Made by a program: the position numbers and the translations under genes. A stretch of DNA of 64,000 bases from Candidatus Pacearchaeota archaeon. GTDB lineage: Archaea; Nanobdellota; Nanobdellia; Pacearchaeales; GW2011-AR1. The DNA lies in contig VGKQ01000001.1 in the NCBI GenBank assembly GCA_016866995.1, positions 16,194 to 80,193 of the forward strand, given 5' to 3'. Numbering within the stretch: the first letter of the stretch is position 1; each line of letters begins with the position of its first letter. Shown one piece after another: positions 17,849 to 28,099 of the stretch. The notes under the pieces were generated by a model that worked only from the letters and a program-made list of their open reading frames with translations, made no database searches and had not been told where the DNA came from.

Positions 17849-20449
17849 TTAAGCAGTTACTACTGGATACACATTGCTTGTACCTAATGTAGTTGCGTGG
17901 TTCTCTTTCAACTTTGCTACAGCGTTCTTTGTATCAGCTGCCTCATATCCAGCAACTAACACAGCCACTTTGGCAGAATTGTAAGGAGATGCCACTGCCT
18001 TGATTAAGTACTGTCCTACTCCAACATTTGTTTTTGCTGTCCAAGCAGCGCCACAAACCGGAGCAGTTGCATTTGCATCCACTATCTTCCTTGCAACAGT
18101 ATTTACACAGCTTCCACCAACAACAAGAAGGTTCTTGTCTTTGACAGAGTCAACATCTGCGTCTTTGACAACTTTTATAGTGCCTCCGCCAGCAGATGCG
18201 CTTCCAGCAACAGTTACTGCGCTTGGTGACTTGAAAAGCACATCTACATACATCTGCTCATCCGGATAACTTACACTTACAGCATAGTTTGTTCCTGTTG
18301 AAACATCTCTTTCAACAAGAGTTCCGTAAGTTGTAACTCCCTTGCTTTTGTAGGTATTAGTCTGCATTGTCTGCAAGCTTAATACTGTATCAGCTGAAAC
18401 AGGAGTTCCTACTCCCGGCATGTTTGTTGAGCCACTTGTGTAAATTGTCAATGGAATGCATACATAGTTTCCATTTGTGTCTGAAAGAGTTTTTTCCTCT
18501 TGTATTAACACAGCAGGCCCATATGTTGCATTAACAATACACTCTGCCCACAAAGCATTGTCTGTATTAATTCCTTCTATAGTTGCAGTGCTGTTTGTGC
18601 TTAGCACATTAAGTGTGTAATTTACATTTCCAAACTTTGTGCTGCTTTCTCCAATCGCCTCTGTATCATTTCTTATTAACACAGTCTGTCCTGCCTTGTA
18701 TGTAGTTAAGTCATACAATCCAGGCAGCGAGTAAACAGTCCCGTTTGTAAGAGTGACTGGTGAGATAAACGAGAGCCACTCTCCATTTTTCAGCTTTATT
18801 CTTGGGAATACAGTAATCTGTGTTCCTGTAACAGCTGTAGAAGAGACTGCGCCCCAAGTCAAATTAACAACCCATTTTGATGAGTCTGTATTGCTTGGAT
18901 CAGTTGCAGCATTGTATTCAGCTCCACCGATTGTTCGTGCGCTTAAAGTTGCATTTCTTGTTCCTGTTGCAAAGTCATAATCTGTTCCAGTTATGACATC
19001 TCTCAATCTTGTATAGTCATTGGTGCTTGTGCCTGCTCCTATGCTAATGACTTGGAATATTCTTCCTTCATCATTGTCATTTGCAATTATCCAATCTCCA
19101 ACTTTGGCATTTGCTCCTTCAATGTTCCAGATTGTATAATTTGCATCTGTTGCGAGCTGTGCAAGCAAAGCCCCGTTTGCTATCAAGTCCCTGTCTCTTG
19201 CAAAAGCAAGCTGTTTTTCACCAGCAGTTCCAGCCAAGTATGATGTAAACTTGACTCTTGCTGCGACTGAATTATCAGTGTCAACAAGGATAGTGTCTCT
19301 GGCTGTTGAATTCATGTCAGGTGTTGCTGCTGCAAACTCTACTTGCACTCCACCAAGCACTCTATCTGTAAAGCTTTGTCCAACTGTAAGATAGTCGCCT
19401 GTTGCTGACTCTGCAGCCTGTGCAATTGTAACAGAGTTTATTCCAGAGCCGCTTGTTCCGCTAACTAATGCAGCTGTTCCAAGGATTGTTGTGTCATCTG
19501 CTCCATACTTAACAGCCTGATTATTCTCTAAATGCAGTGTCTTTGCTCCTAAAAGCAAATCAGCACTTGATAATGTTCCTGTTTTTGTTGCATGGAACAA
19601 ATCTTTCACATAAACCTGGAAATCTCCTGCAAATTTGTAGCTTGAACCTTTTGAAACAGTTTTTCTTACTCCATCAACTTCAATTGTTGCTGAAGTTGTT
19701 GAAGAAGTTCCAACAAGCAAGACAGTATGGTCTTTATCAGCCACTTTGACTGTCTTTGTCTCGCCTTCATTCACTGATGCTCCGGCTCCAGACCCATATA
19801 GATATAATGTGTCTGCGTCAGAATTTGCTCCAATTGTAAACTCTGAGCCAAGCATCTTTATTGTTGCAGTTCCAACTACACTTGAATCAGAGACATTTAA
19901 TGTCTTTGAAAATGTCAAGGTGTAATTGTACAAAGGTGTTGTTCCCTGGTAGCCTGTATCAACCAACAATCCAGGATCCATGCTCTCCCCGCTCTTTGAA
20001 AAGGTAACTTTTCTGTTGCCTCCAATCACAGTGATAGTCTGAGTATATTTATACTCTGTTCCTGAATTATCATATGCAGAACCATCTGCAAGGATGTTTG
20101 GCATATGATCTTTTGTAAGAATAGTTCTTGCTGCATTCAAAGCGCTGTTCATATACAGCTTTTGACTTGATGTAGCAAGATTTACACTATCTCCGCCAGT
20201 TGTAGTTGTTGTTGTAGTTGATGTTCCTACACTAACAAGAGCTTGCAGGGCTGTTTGAGTTGAAACAGCTGCATCCCAGTCACTTACAGCGCCAACCTGG
20301 CTTCCAGAAGTCACAACAACTGCGCCATCAGCAGCTCCTCCAACAACGAATGGTGCCGGATAGTTTGCTGCAGCTGCAATTCCTAAGGTGCTTCCTAGCA
20401 TTACAACACTAGCTAACACTGATGCAATTTTTCTGAAATTAAATTTCAT
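17849..20449 (-). CDS. Major S-layer protein
   Basis: MKFNFRKIASVLAS signal, AANYPAPFV N-terminus, C-terminal NLLVVGGSCVN...VAGYEAADT; Thr/Ala/Gly-rich; strong SD. Confidence 0.88.
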   Translation of the reverse strand: MKFNFRKIASVLASVVMLGSTLGIAAAANYPAPFVVGGAADGAVVVTSGSQVGAVSDWDAAVSTQTALQALVSVGTSTTTTTTTGGDSVNLATSSQKLYMNSALNAARTILTKDHMPNILADGSAYDNSGTEYKYTQTITVIGGNRKVTFSKSGESMDPGLLVDTGYQGTTPLYNYTLTFSKTLNVSDSSVVGTATIKMLGSEFTIGANSDADTLYLYGSGAGASVNEGETKTVKVADKDHTVLLVGTSSTTSATIEVDGVRKTVSKGSSYKFAGDFQVYVKDLFHATKTGTLSSADLLLGAKTLHLENNQAVKYGADDTTILGTAALVSGTSGSGINSVTIAQAAESATGDYLTVGQSFTDRVLGGVQVEFAAATPDMNSTARDTILVDTDNSVAARVKFTSYLAGTAGEKQLAFARDRDLIANGALLAQLATDANYTIWNIEGANAKVGDWIIANDNDEGRIFQVISIGAGTSTNDYTRLRDVITGTDYDFATGTRNATLSARTIGGAEYNAATDPSNTDSSKWVVNLTWGAVSSTAVTGTQITVFPRIKLKNGEWLSFISPVTLTNGTVYSLPGLYDLTTYKAGQTVLIRNDTEAIGESSTKFGNVNYTLNVLSTNSTATIEGINTDNALWAECIVNATYGPAVLIQEEKTLSDTNGNYVCIPLTIYTSGSTNMPGVGTPVSADTVLSLQTMQTNTYKSKGVTTYGTLVERDVSTGTNYAVSVSYPDEQMYVDVLFKSPSAVTVAGSASAGGGTIKVVKDADVDSVKDKNLLVVGGSCVNTVARKIVDANATAPVCGAAWTAKTNVGVGQYLIKAVASPYNSAKVAVLVAGYEAADTKNAVAKLKENHATTLGTSNVYPVVTA

Positions 20450-20626
20450 TTTTTTAACCTCCTTTCACTTGTTAAAATTTTTGGCTTTGTCTCGCATGAT
20501 GGCTTAATAGGGAATTGCCACCTGTTAGACAGTTCTCTCTGTAGTCCCTATTAGAATCTCTGTCATCGGCCGGCTTAAGCATAGCTTAAGCAAATACCTT
20601 AATTCTTTAGTATTTAAAAAGCTTTC
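20450..20626 (-). promoter_or_regulatory. S-layer promoter and structured ~140-nt 5' leader
   Basis: BRE/TATA GAAAGCTTTTTAAATA (rc 20611-20626); hairpin GCTTAAGC-N3-GCTTAAGC 20573-20591; TAATAGGGA/TCCCTATTA stem; SD AGGAGG at 20458-20463. Confidence 0.65.
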
Positions 20627-20747
20627 TGTCACAACTTCGCTTTAAATATATATTATCGAGGGGAAGTTGGTTATTCCTTTATAAAGCTTTCGGTGTTACT
20701 AATATGTTAATACACTCTTATTTTAATTAAAATAGAAAGTTTTTTAA

Positions 20748-20776
20748 ACATATATGGTATAATATATCATATATGT
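20748..20776. promoter_or_regulatory. Palindromic operator next to TATA box of HTH gene
   Basis: ACATATATG-GTATAATATAT-CATATATGT directly after GAAAGTTTTTTAAA. Confidence 0.55.
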
Positions 20777-20820
20777 ATTATTTAGCCATATATGCTAAAA
20801 AACATTAAAAATCAGATAAA

Positions 20821-21177
20821 ATGGCAAAAACCAAAAGAAAAAAGACTATAAAAGTTGGGATAACTCCAAATACTTTTTCATATTTATTTAAAAGATTAAG
20901 GAGGCAGGAGGAAGAGTATGAATTTTCAGAGCTTTCTGAATTAAGGCGGGTTTTAAGCAATGAAAAAGCAAAAATTCTTTACACAATAAAATATGAAAAG
21001 CCAGAATCAATCTATAAGCTTGCAAAACTGCTTAATCGAGACTTTAAATCAGTAAGCCAGGATTTAAAAATACTTGAAAAATTCGGATTTATTGAGTTCA
21101 GAAAAATTCAGAAAGGCAGGCATAAATTAAAGCCTGTTTTGCTTATTGATTCTTTAAACATAATATTTGAAGTTTGA
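20821..21177 (+). CDS. wHTH regulator (ArsR-like/HVO_A0114-like)
   Basis: KPESIYKLAKLLNRDFKSVSQDLKILEKFGFIEF. Confidence 0.85.
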   Translation: MAKTKRKKTIKVGITPNTFSYLFKRLRRQEEEYEFSELSELRRVLSNEKAKILYTIKYEKPESIYKLAKLLNRDFKSVSQDLKILEKFGFIEFRKIQKGRHKLKPVLLIDSLNIIFEV

Positions 21178-21363
21178 ATTAGCCTGATATTAGTTTAATT
21201 AATAGCTATATTTAATATTAATTTATAGTTATTTCTACACCAAATAAAACCAATTAAACACATTTTACAATTAACCTTATATATCAGCTAGTAATTGAAA
21301 GTCAGTAAAGCAGGGTATTTGCCAGTTTCAGTATGATTTTAGTTTAAATTGAGAAGTGTTATT

Positions 21364-21831
21364 TCACTTGCATACTTCAATCTCTTCCCTTATTCCTCCA
21401 AGAATCATTACACTTGCTCCTGTTTTTGTGCCAGAGCAATTTCCATATCTTGCCTGAACAAGCGTCCTGTTCGACTCAGAATAAATCTTCAAGTTATATG
21501 AATTAATGCTTCCAATACTCCAGCTTTTTTTCATCATATCTGAGATTGTCTCATTCAAAATAGAACAAGCTGTCTTATTGTTCAGGCATTTTCTTCCTGA
21601 ATTGCAAGAAACAATCAAATCTTTCAAATTGTTTCTTTTTTCAGGGCTTTCATAGCAGTTTGTTGTATATTTCAGGCTTGATTGTATAAAAGTTTCAAGT
21701 TCTGTATTTATGAGCTTTTTCTGCGGCTGTTTCAGGCTTATTGCAAGGAAAATAAGAGATATAACTACAACAAGGACTATGATAAGCACAAATCCCACAA
21801 TTTCCTCCTGCCCTTTATTTTTTATTTTCAT
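21364..21831 (-). CDS. Type IV pilin-like protein (class III signal peptide)
   Basis: KNKG/QEEIVGFVLIIVLVVVISLIFL. Confidence 0.75.
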   Translation of the reverse strand: MKIKNKGQEEIVGFVLIIVLVVVISLIFLAISLKQPQKKLINTELETFIQSSLKYTTNCYESPEKRNNLKDLIVSCNSGRKCLNNKTACSILNETISDMMKKSWSIGSINSYNLKIYSESNRTLVQARYGNCSGTKTGASVMILGGIREEIEVCK

Positions 21832-21884
21832 CTTATTTTTTATTTTATCTTGCAAACTTATTTGCCAATATATTTATTTTCATC

Positions 21885-22376
21885 TTATGCTTGTGTCTTA
21901 TATCCTATTATTAATTTAGCTACTTCACACTGGAAATAAATATAATCATTCTCATTCACCCTGTGACAAAGAGAAACAAAGCTTGAAGCAGTGCTCTCCC
22001 CGCCTTTTTTATTGCTGTAAATCTTTATTAAATTGCAGTACGGATAATTTGATATAGTGCATAAAATTTCTGTATTATTGCTGGGATAAACTGTTCTTAT
22101 TTCTATGCTTGAGACTTGCCATAATTTCTGAAATACTGTTCTGTTTCCAAGTATCATTGCCCTGTCCCCATCAATGCAATAATCTCCGCACGAGAATTCA
22201 GCGCTTGAAGCAAGAAAACCAGCCATTTCAGTAGCCCTGTTCTTTTCTTCAATATTAACTTCCTTTTTCAAGTCCTGCATATAAATTACAAGATAAAACA
22301 ATCCAGCCAATATAAAAAATATGAAAACAGCCATTATCATAAATGCCATCTGATGAATTTTCAACTGGGCTTTCAT
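21885..22376 (-). CDS. Type IV pilin-like protein (class III signal peptide)
   Basis: Likely start MKA/QLKIHQMAFMIMAVFIFFILAGLFY. Confidence 0.75.
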   Translation of the reverse strand: MKAQLKIHQMAFMIMAVFIFFILAGLFYLVIYMQDLKKEVNIEEKNRATEMAGFLASSAEFSCGDYCIDGDRAMILGNRTVFQKLWQVSSIEIRTVYPSNNTEILCTISNYPYCNLIKIYSNKKGGESTASSFVSLCHRVNENDYIYFQCEVAKLIIGYKTQA

Positions 22377-22410
22377 TTTAAAACACCAAATCTCCCTGCA
22401 AAAATATAAT

Positions 22411-23391
22411 TTACCATATTTTGCACCCCTCTTTTGCAGCATCATTTGCTTGTTTAACAGTTTTTGCAGCTTGTCTCAAATTTTCAAAGCCAACAGAATT
22501 TGTTGTGCTTCCAGCAGCATTAGCAAGATTTATCAGGCTTGTTGACATGACATTCCCGCATCCCCTTGTTGACATAAATCTTAATTCATCAGAATAAACA
22601 TAGCATATCTGCTGTATTCTTAGCATCAGTCTTTTCAAGTTGCACTCATATATTTCCGCATCTGAAAATATTGCTCCATATATCAAGCTCCCTGTAAATT
22701 TTAGTGTCTTGCTGTTTTTTGTCACATATCCTGTTTCATACTCATTCCCGCATCCAAAACCAGTGCAGGAAGGATGAACATTTATCTCACAATTTCCAGA
22801 ATTAAAGCAGACTTTTGTGTCAGGTGTTGAGCAGTTTTCAAGCTTTATGTCAAGATTCAAGGCTCTTATTTCTTCTTTTATAAAATCAGGAGAATTAACA
22901 AAGCAATATTTTTTTGTTGTCAGGAAAATTATTTCTGAAACTTTAAACGGCATCTCAAACGGCTTTGAGAAAAAGCTTATTCTCTTTCCTTGCTCTATTT
23001 CTCCTGAAAAAACATACTTATTGCTTAGAGTAATATCAAACCCGGGCTTTGGCCATTCTTTCATAAATCCTGATTTCTGAGAAATTGAAAAGTCCTGGCT
23101 TCCAAATGCTCCTGAACTCGAGCACTTGTTATAAATTCTTGTTTCAGTGTTCAAGTCAACATGAGTTGATTTTCCAGATGCCAAGCCAGTCTCAAGCGGA
23201 TTGAACAAAATTGTAAGCTGCTTGGCTATCTGAGTATTTGACTTGTATTCTCCCTGATTAATAAGTTGTGTTGCTCCATATATTGCAAGAAACAAGACGC
23301 ATGCCCCAACTAAAATTGCAAACAGCCATGTAAAACTGAATTCAAATCCTCTTTTATTTTGCAAGATAATTTTTTGAATTTTTCTTGCCAT
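22411..23391 (-). CDS. Pilin-like protein (class III signal peptide), Cys-containing ectodomain
   Basis: NKRG/FEFSFTWLFAILVGACVLFLAIY. Confidence 0.75.
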   Translation of the reverse strand: MARKIQKIILQNKRGFEFSFTWLFAILVGACVLFLAIYGATQLINQGEYKSNTQIAKQLTILFNPLETGLASGKSTHVDLNTETRIYNKCSSSGAFGSQDFSISQKSGFMKEWPKPGFDITLSNKYVFSGEIEQGKRISFFSKPFEMPFKVSEIIFLTTKKYCFVNSPDFIKEEIRALNLDIKLENCSTPDTKVCFNSGNCEINVHPSCTGFGCGNEYETGYVTKNSKTLKFTGSLIYGAIFSDAEIYECNLKRLMLRIQQICYVYSDELRFMSTRGCGNVMSTSLINLANAAGSTTNSVGFENLRQAAKTVKQANDAAKEGCKIW

Positions 23392-23575
23392 TATTTTACC
23401 TCTTTTTTGTTAGTATATATTCTAAAGTATATTATGTTATTTAAATATAATCTTGTTTTAAATTAAGCGCATTTATGGAAATTAGCTGTTAAATTAATTA
23501 TTTATTGGCTGTTAGAATAATTAAACCATAAGCCCTCCATAATAAATATAAATATCCTAATAAAATAATTTTAAA

Positions 23576-24100
23576 TTATTTTATCCTGACAAGCCCCTCA
23601 TAAAATCCTTTTTCTATTGTCAAGCTTGCTTTCTTGTTTGGAATGCAGTATGGGTTGTCTCGAGATGTAATTGCAGTTATATTTATATGCTGTATCTCAA
23701 TTCCCCGAAAATCCTCGCACGCGCTTTTTACAGGATAAAAGAAAAGATTTCCATTTTCATCTCTCTTGTATACTGTCAAGTTTTCATAGAAATTCCTGTA
23801 TTTCCCTGATTCTCTTCTTGATGTGTCAAGAAAGCAGACATAATCAATTTTTCCAGGAAGGCTTATTGAAAAATTTCTCTCGCTCCTGTCCGAGTCCCAA
23901 GCATCATTTACAGCATCCTGTAAATCTTGTTTAAATATTCCTTCCTGTATCTCATCAGAAATTGTGCATTTATCCTTGCTAGGATTCCAAAATATAAAAA
24001 TTGCAACTATCGCTATAATTATGAAAAATACAATAAGAATTATAGAAAATATCATTGAAAATGGCAATCCTAAAATCTGCGCTTTCTTCTCTTTTTTCAT
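23576..24100 (-). CDS. Type IV pilin-like protein (class III signal peptide)
   Basis: KKA/QILGLPFSMIFSIILIVFFIIIA. Confidence 0.75.
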   Translation of the reverse strand: MKKEKKAQILGLPFSMIFSIILIVFFIIIAIVAIFIFWNPSKDKCTISDEIQEGIFKQDLQDAVNDAWDSDRSERNFSISLPGKIDYVCFLDTSRRESGKYRNFYENLTVYKRDENGNLFFYPVKSACEDFRGIEIQHINITAITSRDNPYCIPNKKASLTIEKGFYEGLVRIK

Positions 24101-24236
24101 TTTTTATTCCTTGGAAATATTACAAATATTTTTTTATTCTTTAGTTCTTATTAACATATAAACTTTTACTTTAACATGTTTTCAAGTTAATATAAATATC
24201 ATAATTAATATAACAATTAGAGTTATTTAAATATTA

Positions 24237-24569
24237 TTAGGCAATCCTCAAACCATTCTCAATTTTTCTTTCTGGCTGCAATAAGACAACATCATTATCT
24301 TTGACAACTCCTAAAATCAAGCACTCAGAAATAAAATTAGCAATCTGCTTTGGAGAAAAATTTACAACAGCTATAATCTGTTTTCCAACAAGCTCTTCTT
24401 TTTTGTAAAGTTTTGTGATTTGCGCAGATGATTTTTTTATTCCCAACTCCCCAAAATCAATCTTAAGCTTGTAAGAAGAGTTCTTGGCTTCAGGAAAATC
24501 AAGAACTTCAAGGATAGTTCCAACTCTAATATCAATTTTCTCAAAATCTTTCCATGATATTTGTTCCAT
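24237..24569 (-). CDS. csaA: CsaA/Trbp111 tRNA-binding/export chaperone
   Basis: DFEKIDIRVGTI, KKSSAQIT, VVNFSPKQIANFISECLILG. Confidence 0.92.
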   Translation of the reverse strand: MEQISWKDFEKIDIRVGTILEVLDFPEAKNSSYKLKIDFGELGIKKSSAQITKLYKKEELVGKQIIAVVNFSPKQIANFISECLILGVVKDNDVVLLQPERKIENGLRIA

Positions 24570-24600
24570 AATTTCTTACATTTTTCAGATATTTAATTTT

Positions 24601-25221
24601 TTACATCCCATTTATTTCTTGTTCAATCATTGAAACATATTCTTTGTTGTCTTCCTTGTTTGTGCTGAGATATCCGATATTTTCATCTGAGTTAAACATG
24701 CTTACAAACTCAAATGCAAGCTTCCTGTCAATAATTCCAATTTTTCTCCTGTCTTTTCTCCTCATTATCTTAATTTTCTCTTTTTTCTTTCCAAGAAAAT
24801 CCAGCCTGAGTTCATCTATTGCAATCTCTGCCTTTTCTTCCATAAAATATTTTAACAAAAAAATAAGAAGTATTTTCTCATCTTTTAAAATAATCTGGGA
24901 AAATCTCTTGTTTAATATTCCAAAATGATTTTCAAGATATAATTTTTCAAGAAATGAGATAATTTCCAGGTCTGTGCTTGAATATAAAAATGATGGAGGC
25001 AGGAGAATATACGAAAAAAAATCCTGCTCCTCTGGCTTTGCTTTTCCTACTGCTCCCAATTCAAACAAGCTTTTCAAGAGCCTGTATCTCTTGCTGTAAC
25101 TAAATTCTTTCTCAAGTTCATTCTCTTTTTTCTTCAGAATTAAATAGTAAACCCTAGCCTCATCAAATCCGAGCACCTCTGAAAGCGCCTGTTGTGCAGC
25201 CCTATCCAGGAGATTGTTCAT
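24601..25221 (-). CDS. Divergent TrmB-like wHTH protein
   Basis: LGFDEARVYYLIL...LKSLFELGAV...YILLPP resembles a TrmB N-domain. Confidence 0.5.
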   Translation of the reverse strand: MNNLLDRAAQQALSEVLGFDEARVYYLILKKKENELEKEFSYSKRYRLLKSLFELGAVGKAKPEEQDFFSYILLPPSFLYSSTDLEIISFLEKLYLENHFGILNKRFSQIILKDEKILLIFLLKYFMEEKAEIAIDELRLDFLGKKKEKIKIMRRKDRRKIGIIDRKLAFEFVSMFNSDENIGYLSTNKEDNKEYVSMIEQEINGM

Positions 25222-25393
25222 GTTTATCTATCAGCATTTCTTTCATTTTTTCAACTCTTTCTCTGATTTCAGAAGCAAGATTTGCAGTTTCAGCATCTTC
25301 TATTTTTATTTTATCAATTGCTTCTAAGTCAGAGCTGATAAAATATAATCTTGATAATACTCTCTTTATTTTTGTTTTTTCAATTTCATTCAT
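25202..25393 (-). CDS. Small helical hypothetical protein (63 aa)
   Basis: Overlaps both neighbours (translational coupling). Confidence 0.6.
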   Translation of the reverse strand: MNEIEKTKIKRVLSRLYFISSDLEAIDKIKIEDAETANLASEIRERVEKMKEMLIDKHEQSPG

Positions 25394-25511
25394 TCTCTTT
25401 ATTGCTCCATTCTATTCTATTTTCACATTCAGGGCATACATAAGCTTGTTCTTCAACCAGCACACTCATATTCACCCTTTTCCCGTTTTTTATACACTCT
25501 CTACAATACAT
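25386..25511 (-). CDS. Small zinc-ribbon protein (41 aa)
   Basis: Hand-translated MYCRECIKNGKRVNMSVLVEEQAYVCPECENRIEWSNKENE, two CxxC; first gene of minus-strand operon. Confidence 0.72.
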   Translation of the reverse strand: MYCRECIKNGKRVNMSVLVEEQAYVCPECENRIEWSNKENE

Positions 25512-25685
25512 AATATACTTAATTAAATTAAGTATATATGCTCTTTTTTTCATGGCTTTATGAATGTTTCAGCATTTTACTGAAGCTAACCCCATTCTTT
25601 CTTATAGAATACCTGCTGAAACTGCTGAACCAAAAGTTTAAATATCTGAACGTATTTAATAAATCAGGCAAAAAGAATAAAAAAT

Positions 25686-27260
25686 ATGCACCAAACAGAA
25701 CAAAAGATAATTGCCTTATTCAGAAAAGAGAATAATGAGTTGTCTACTTCTAATATTCTTGAACAGATTGATGAAAATTATTCTAAATTAAAAAATCAGC
25801 TTGGCTCATGCTCTCCTGATTATTTAAAAAAATTAAAATACGAACTTGCTCAATCGCACAGGAGAACCCTTCATCATATAAACAAGCTTGTCGAGCTTGG
25901 AGTTTTAAGATTAACAAGGCACGGAGAAAGAGGGGAAAAATTTTTCTCATTAAATCTCTCTGACAATGAAGAAATTATTGTTTCTGGCTTGAAAAAAAGA
26001 GTTCTTGTCTCCAAGCCAATTATTCCAACAATGCCTATTGAAGGCTATGAGCAAAAAGCAATCCTGTCAAAATATGAAACAGCAACCTGGATTGACAGGC
26101 TTAATTCAGTTATAATTAGATGTGAACTTGTAAATTCTGCAGGCGATTTATATAATATCTTAAGTGAGGATATTTTTCCTTTAATTAATGATTCTATCTG
26201 CTTAGATTGTTTTGAAAATATTATAAACAAGGAAAATGTCTCAAATTTTATTGAAAAAATAAATTCAGAATCAGAAGAATACGGCAAAAAAATAAGTTTT
26301 ATAATCAATCTTTCAAATATAAAGCACAAGGAAAATTTCTCAAGCTTTCTGAGTTTAATAGACAAAAAGCCGAAAAATATTGTTTTTATCTTCAATTTAA
26401 ATTCAAATGAACTGCAGGAATTTTTTGAATTGTTCAAAAAAATAGTTGAGATTTATTCCAAGAATAAAATGCCTCTTTTTATAAAAAACAAGAATATTTT
26501 TCCAGCGCCATATTTTCTTGGAAGAGCAGGGCCTTACTGCATAGATATTAAAGAATGGCTTTCAGATGATATCAAGAATAAAATTTGCATTGCCTGCTCC
26601 CAGTCATCAATAATAATTGATGTAAATAAATTTTATCTCGAATACGGCTTGGATGTAAGAAAATTTTCAGAAATGCTGCTTAATATTTCAAAGTCTATTT
26701 TGTCTGCAAATTCTCTTCAAAGGAGAAAATCAGAAGAATATTTCAAGAATATAATACTGTTAAATTCAAAAAGAGATTTTCTTGAAATATCAAGAAATTA
26801 CATACGTTTTTGGAATTTTGGGCTGAGCCAGCCGGATATAGAACAGGATTTTGTTTTGAATATGATAAGCGAGGCAAAAAAGAAAATTGACAATTTTTCT
26901 ATAGCAGAAGAAATTATTTACAACAGCTGCGGAATGCCTACAAGATTTCGTCTTGCATTTTCCTGCGCATTCAGGCAGGCAGATGAAAAATTATCCCCTG
27001 CAAAATTTGAAAAGCTTGAAATCAAGAATCTTGAGGAATTATACAAATCAAAGCTGAAAAAAGAGATGATAGCAAGGGAGATTGTCTCGAGCATTTTTGA
27101 CGGGGGAAATGATGTAAATTTTTTCAGAACAGGCACTTTTAATGCAGATGATGTGATAAGGGAGATAAACGTAATTCTCAACACATACAAAATTCCATTA
27201 TTCAGCTATGATTTTGAAAAAATTAAAACTGACTTGAAATTGTCAGATTTTTTAAAATAA
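25686..27260 (+). CDS. Large wHTH-containing hypothetical protein (524 aa)
   Basis: N-terminal LSTSNIL...HRRTLHHINKLVELGVLRLTRHGERGEKFF wHTH; remainder unassigned. Confidence 0.75.
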   Translation: MHQTEQKIIALFRKENNELSTSNILEQIDENYSKLKNQLGSCSPDYLKKLKYELAQSHRRTLHHINKLVELGVLRLTRHGERGEKFFSLNLSDNEEIIVSGLKKRVLVSKPIIPTMPIEGYEQKAILSKYETATWIDRLNSVIIRCELVNSAGDLYNILSEDIFPLINDSICLDCFENIINKENVSNFIEKINSESEEYGKKISFIINLSNIKHKENFSSFLSLIDKKPKNIVFIFNLNSNELQEFFELFKKIVEIYSKNKMPLFIKNKNIFPAPYFLGRAGPYCIDIKEWLSDDIKNKICIACSQSSIIIDVNKFYLEYGLDVRKFSEMLLNISKSILSANSLQRRKSEEYFKNIILLNSKRDFLEISRNYIRFWNFGLSQPDIEQDFVLNMISEAKKKIDNFSIAEEIIYNSCGMPTRFRLAFSCAFRQADEKLSPAKFEKLEIKNLEELYKSKLKKEMIAREIVSSIFDGGNDVNFFRTGTFNADDVIREINVILNTYKIPLFSYDFEKIKTDLKLSDFLK

Positions 27261-27414
27261 TATTTTAAAAAATAATAATAGAAAATATTAAGATGACTGA
27301 AATAAAACTGCAAGAATATAAAATAGCTAAAGATAATAAAACTGATAATAGCATAAATATAAAATATAATAACTTCTTGTTTTATTTAATTAAATTCTCT
27401 TTGCCAATATTAAG

Positions 27415-28071
27415 ATGACAGAAATAAATGGCGAGACAGCCCTTGAAGTCTGGAAAAAAGCTCTTAAACTTTTAATAGAGCAGGGAACAGATTATGAAGA
27501 CAGAAGAAACAGGATATGCCGCGAGTATCTTAACTTGATTCTTACAATTGAAGACACAAAAAATGTTGACAAGCCAGTAGAAGTTTTAAACAGCTTTGGA
27601 AAATGGGTTTATCCTCCAATTGAAGAGCTTAAAGCATTTTTCCTAGGAAAAAAAGAAGCGCCTGGATATTATTATCATTACGGAGACAGAGCATTCAATC
27701 CCGCATGGAGAAACCAGGTTGATGATTATATTATTCCTCTTCTCAAGTCAAATCCCACAACAAAAAGGGCAATAATTATATTTTACAATCCAAAAATTGA
27801 TTCATATGTCAACAGAAAAGAAATTCCTGGCCTGATTATGGTTAATTTTAATCTGAGAAAAAATAAGCTTCATGTTACATCAATAATAAGGAGCAATGAC
27901 ATGTTTCACGGCTGGCCCGGAAATGTCTGCCAGATAAACATGCTGCAGGAATACATTGCAAAACAAGTCGGATGCCAGGCTGGGAAGATAGTCACAATTT
28001 CCGTCGCTGCCCACATATTTGACGACCAGTTTGAAGACATAGAAAAAGTTATAGCAATGAAAGAAAAATAA
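27415..28071 (+). CDS. Thymidylate synthase (ThyA)-like protein lacking catalytic Cys
   Basis: YGDRAF, TKRAI, IRSNDMFHGWPGN, SVAAHIF; IPGL at the canonical PC site. Confidence 0.82.
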   Translation: MTEINGETALEVWKKALKLLIEQGTDYEDRRNRICREYLNLILTIEDTKNVDKPVEVLNSFGKWVYPPIEELKAFFLGKKEAPGYYYHYGDRAFNPAWRNQVDDYIIPLLKSNPTTKRAIIIFYNPKIDSYVNRKEIPGLIMVNFNLRKNKLHVTSIIRSNDMFHGWPGNVCQINMLQEYIAKQVGCQAGKIVTISVAAHIFDDQFEDIEKVIAMKEK

Positions 28072-28072
28072 T

Positions 28073-28099
28073 TTTTATAAATGAAACTCTTTTAATACT
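28073..28099 (+). repeat. 27-bp perfect direct repeat, left copy
   Basis: TTTTATAAATGAAACTCTTTTAATACT, identical at 30582-30608. Confidence 0.9.

Noticed and set aside
25194-25735. Plus-strand ORFs 25194-25526 and 25538-25735
   Set aside because: Antisense to the small minus-strand operon or lying over the divergent promoter region
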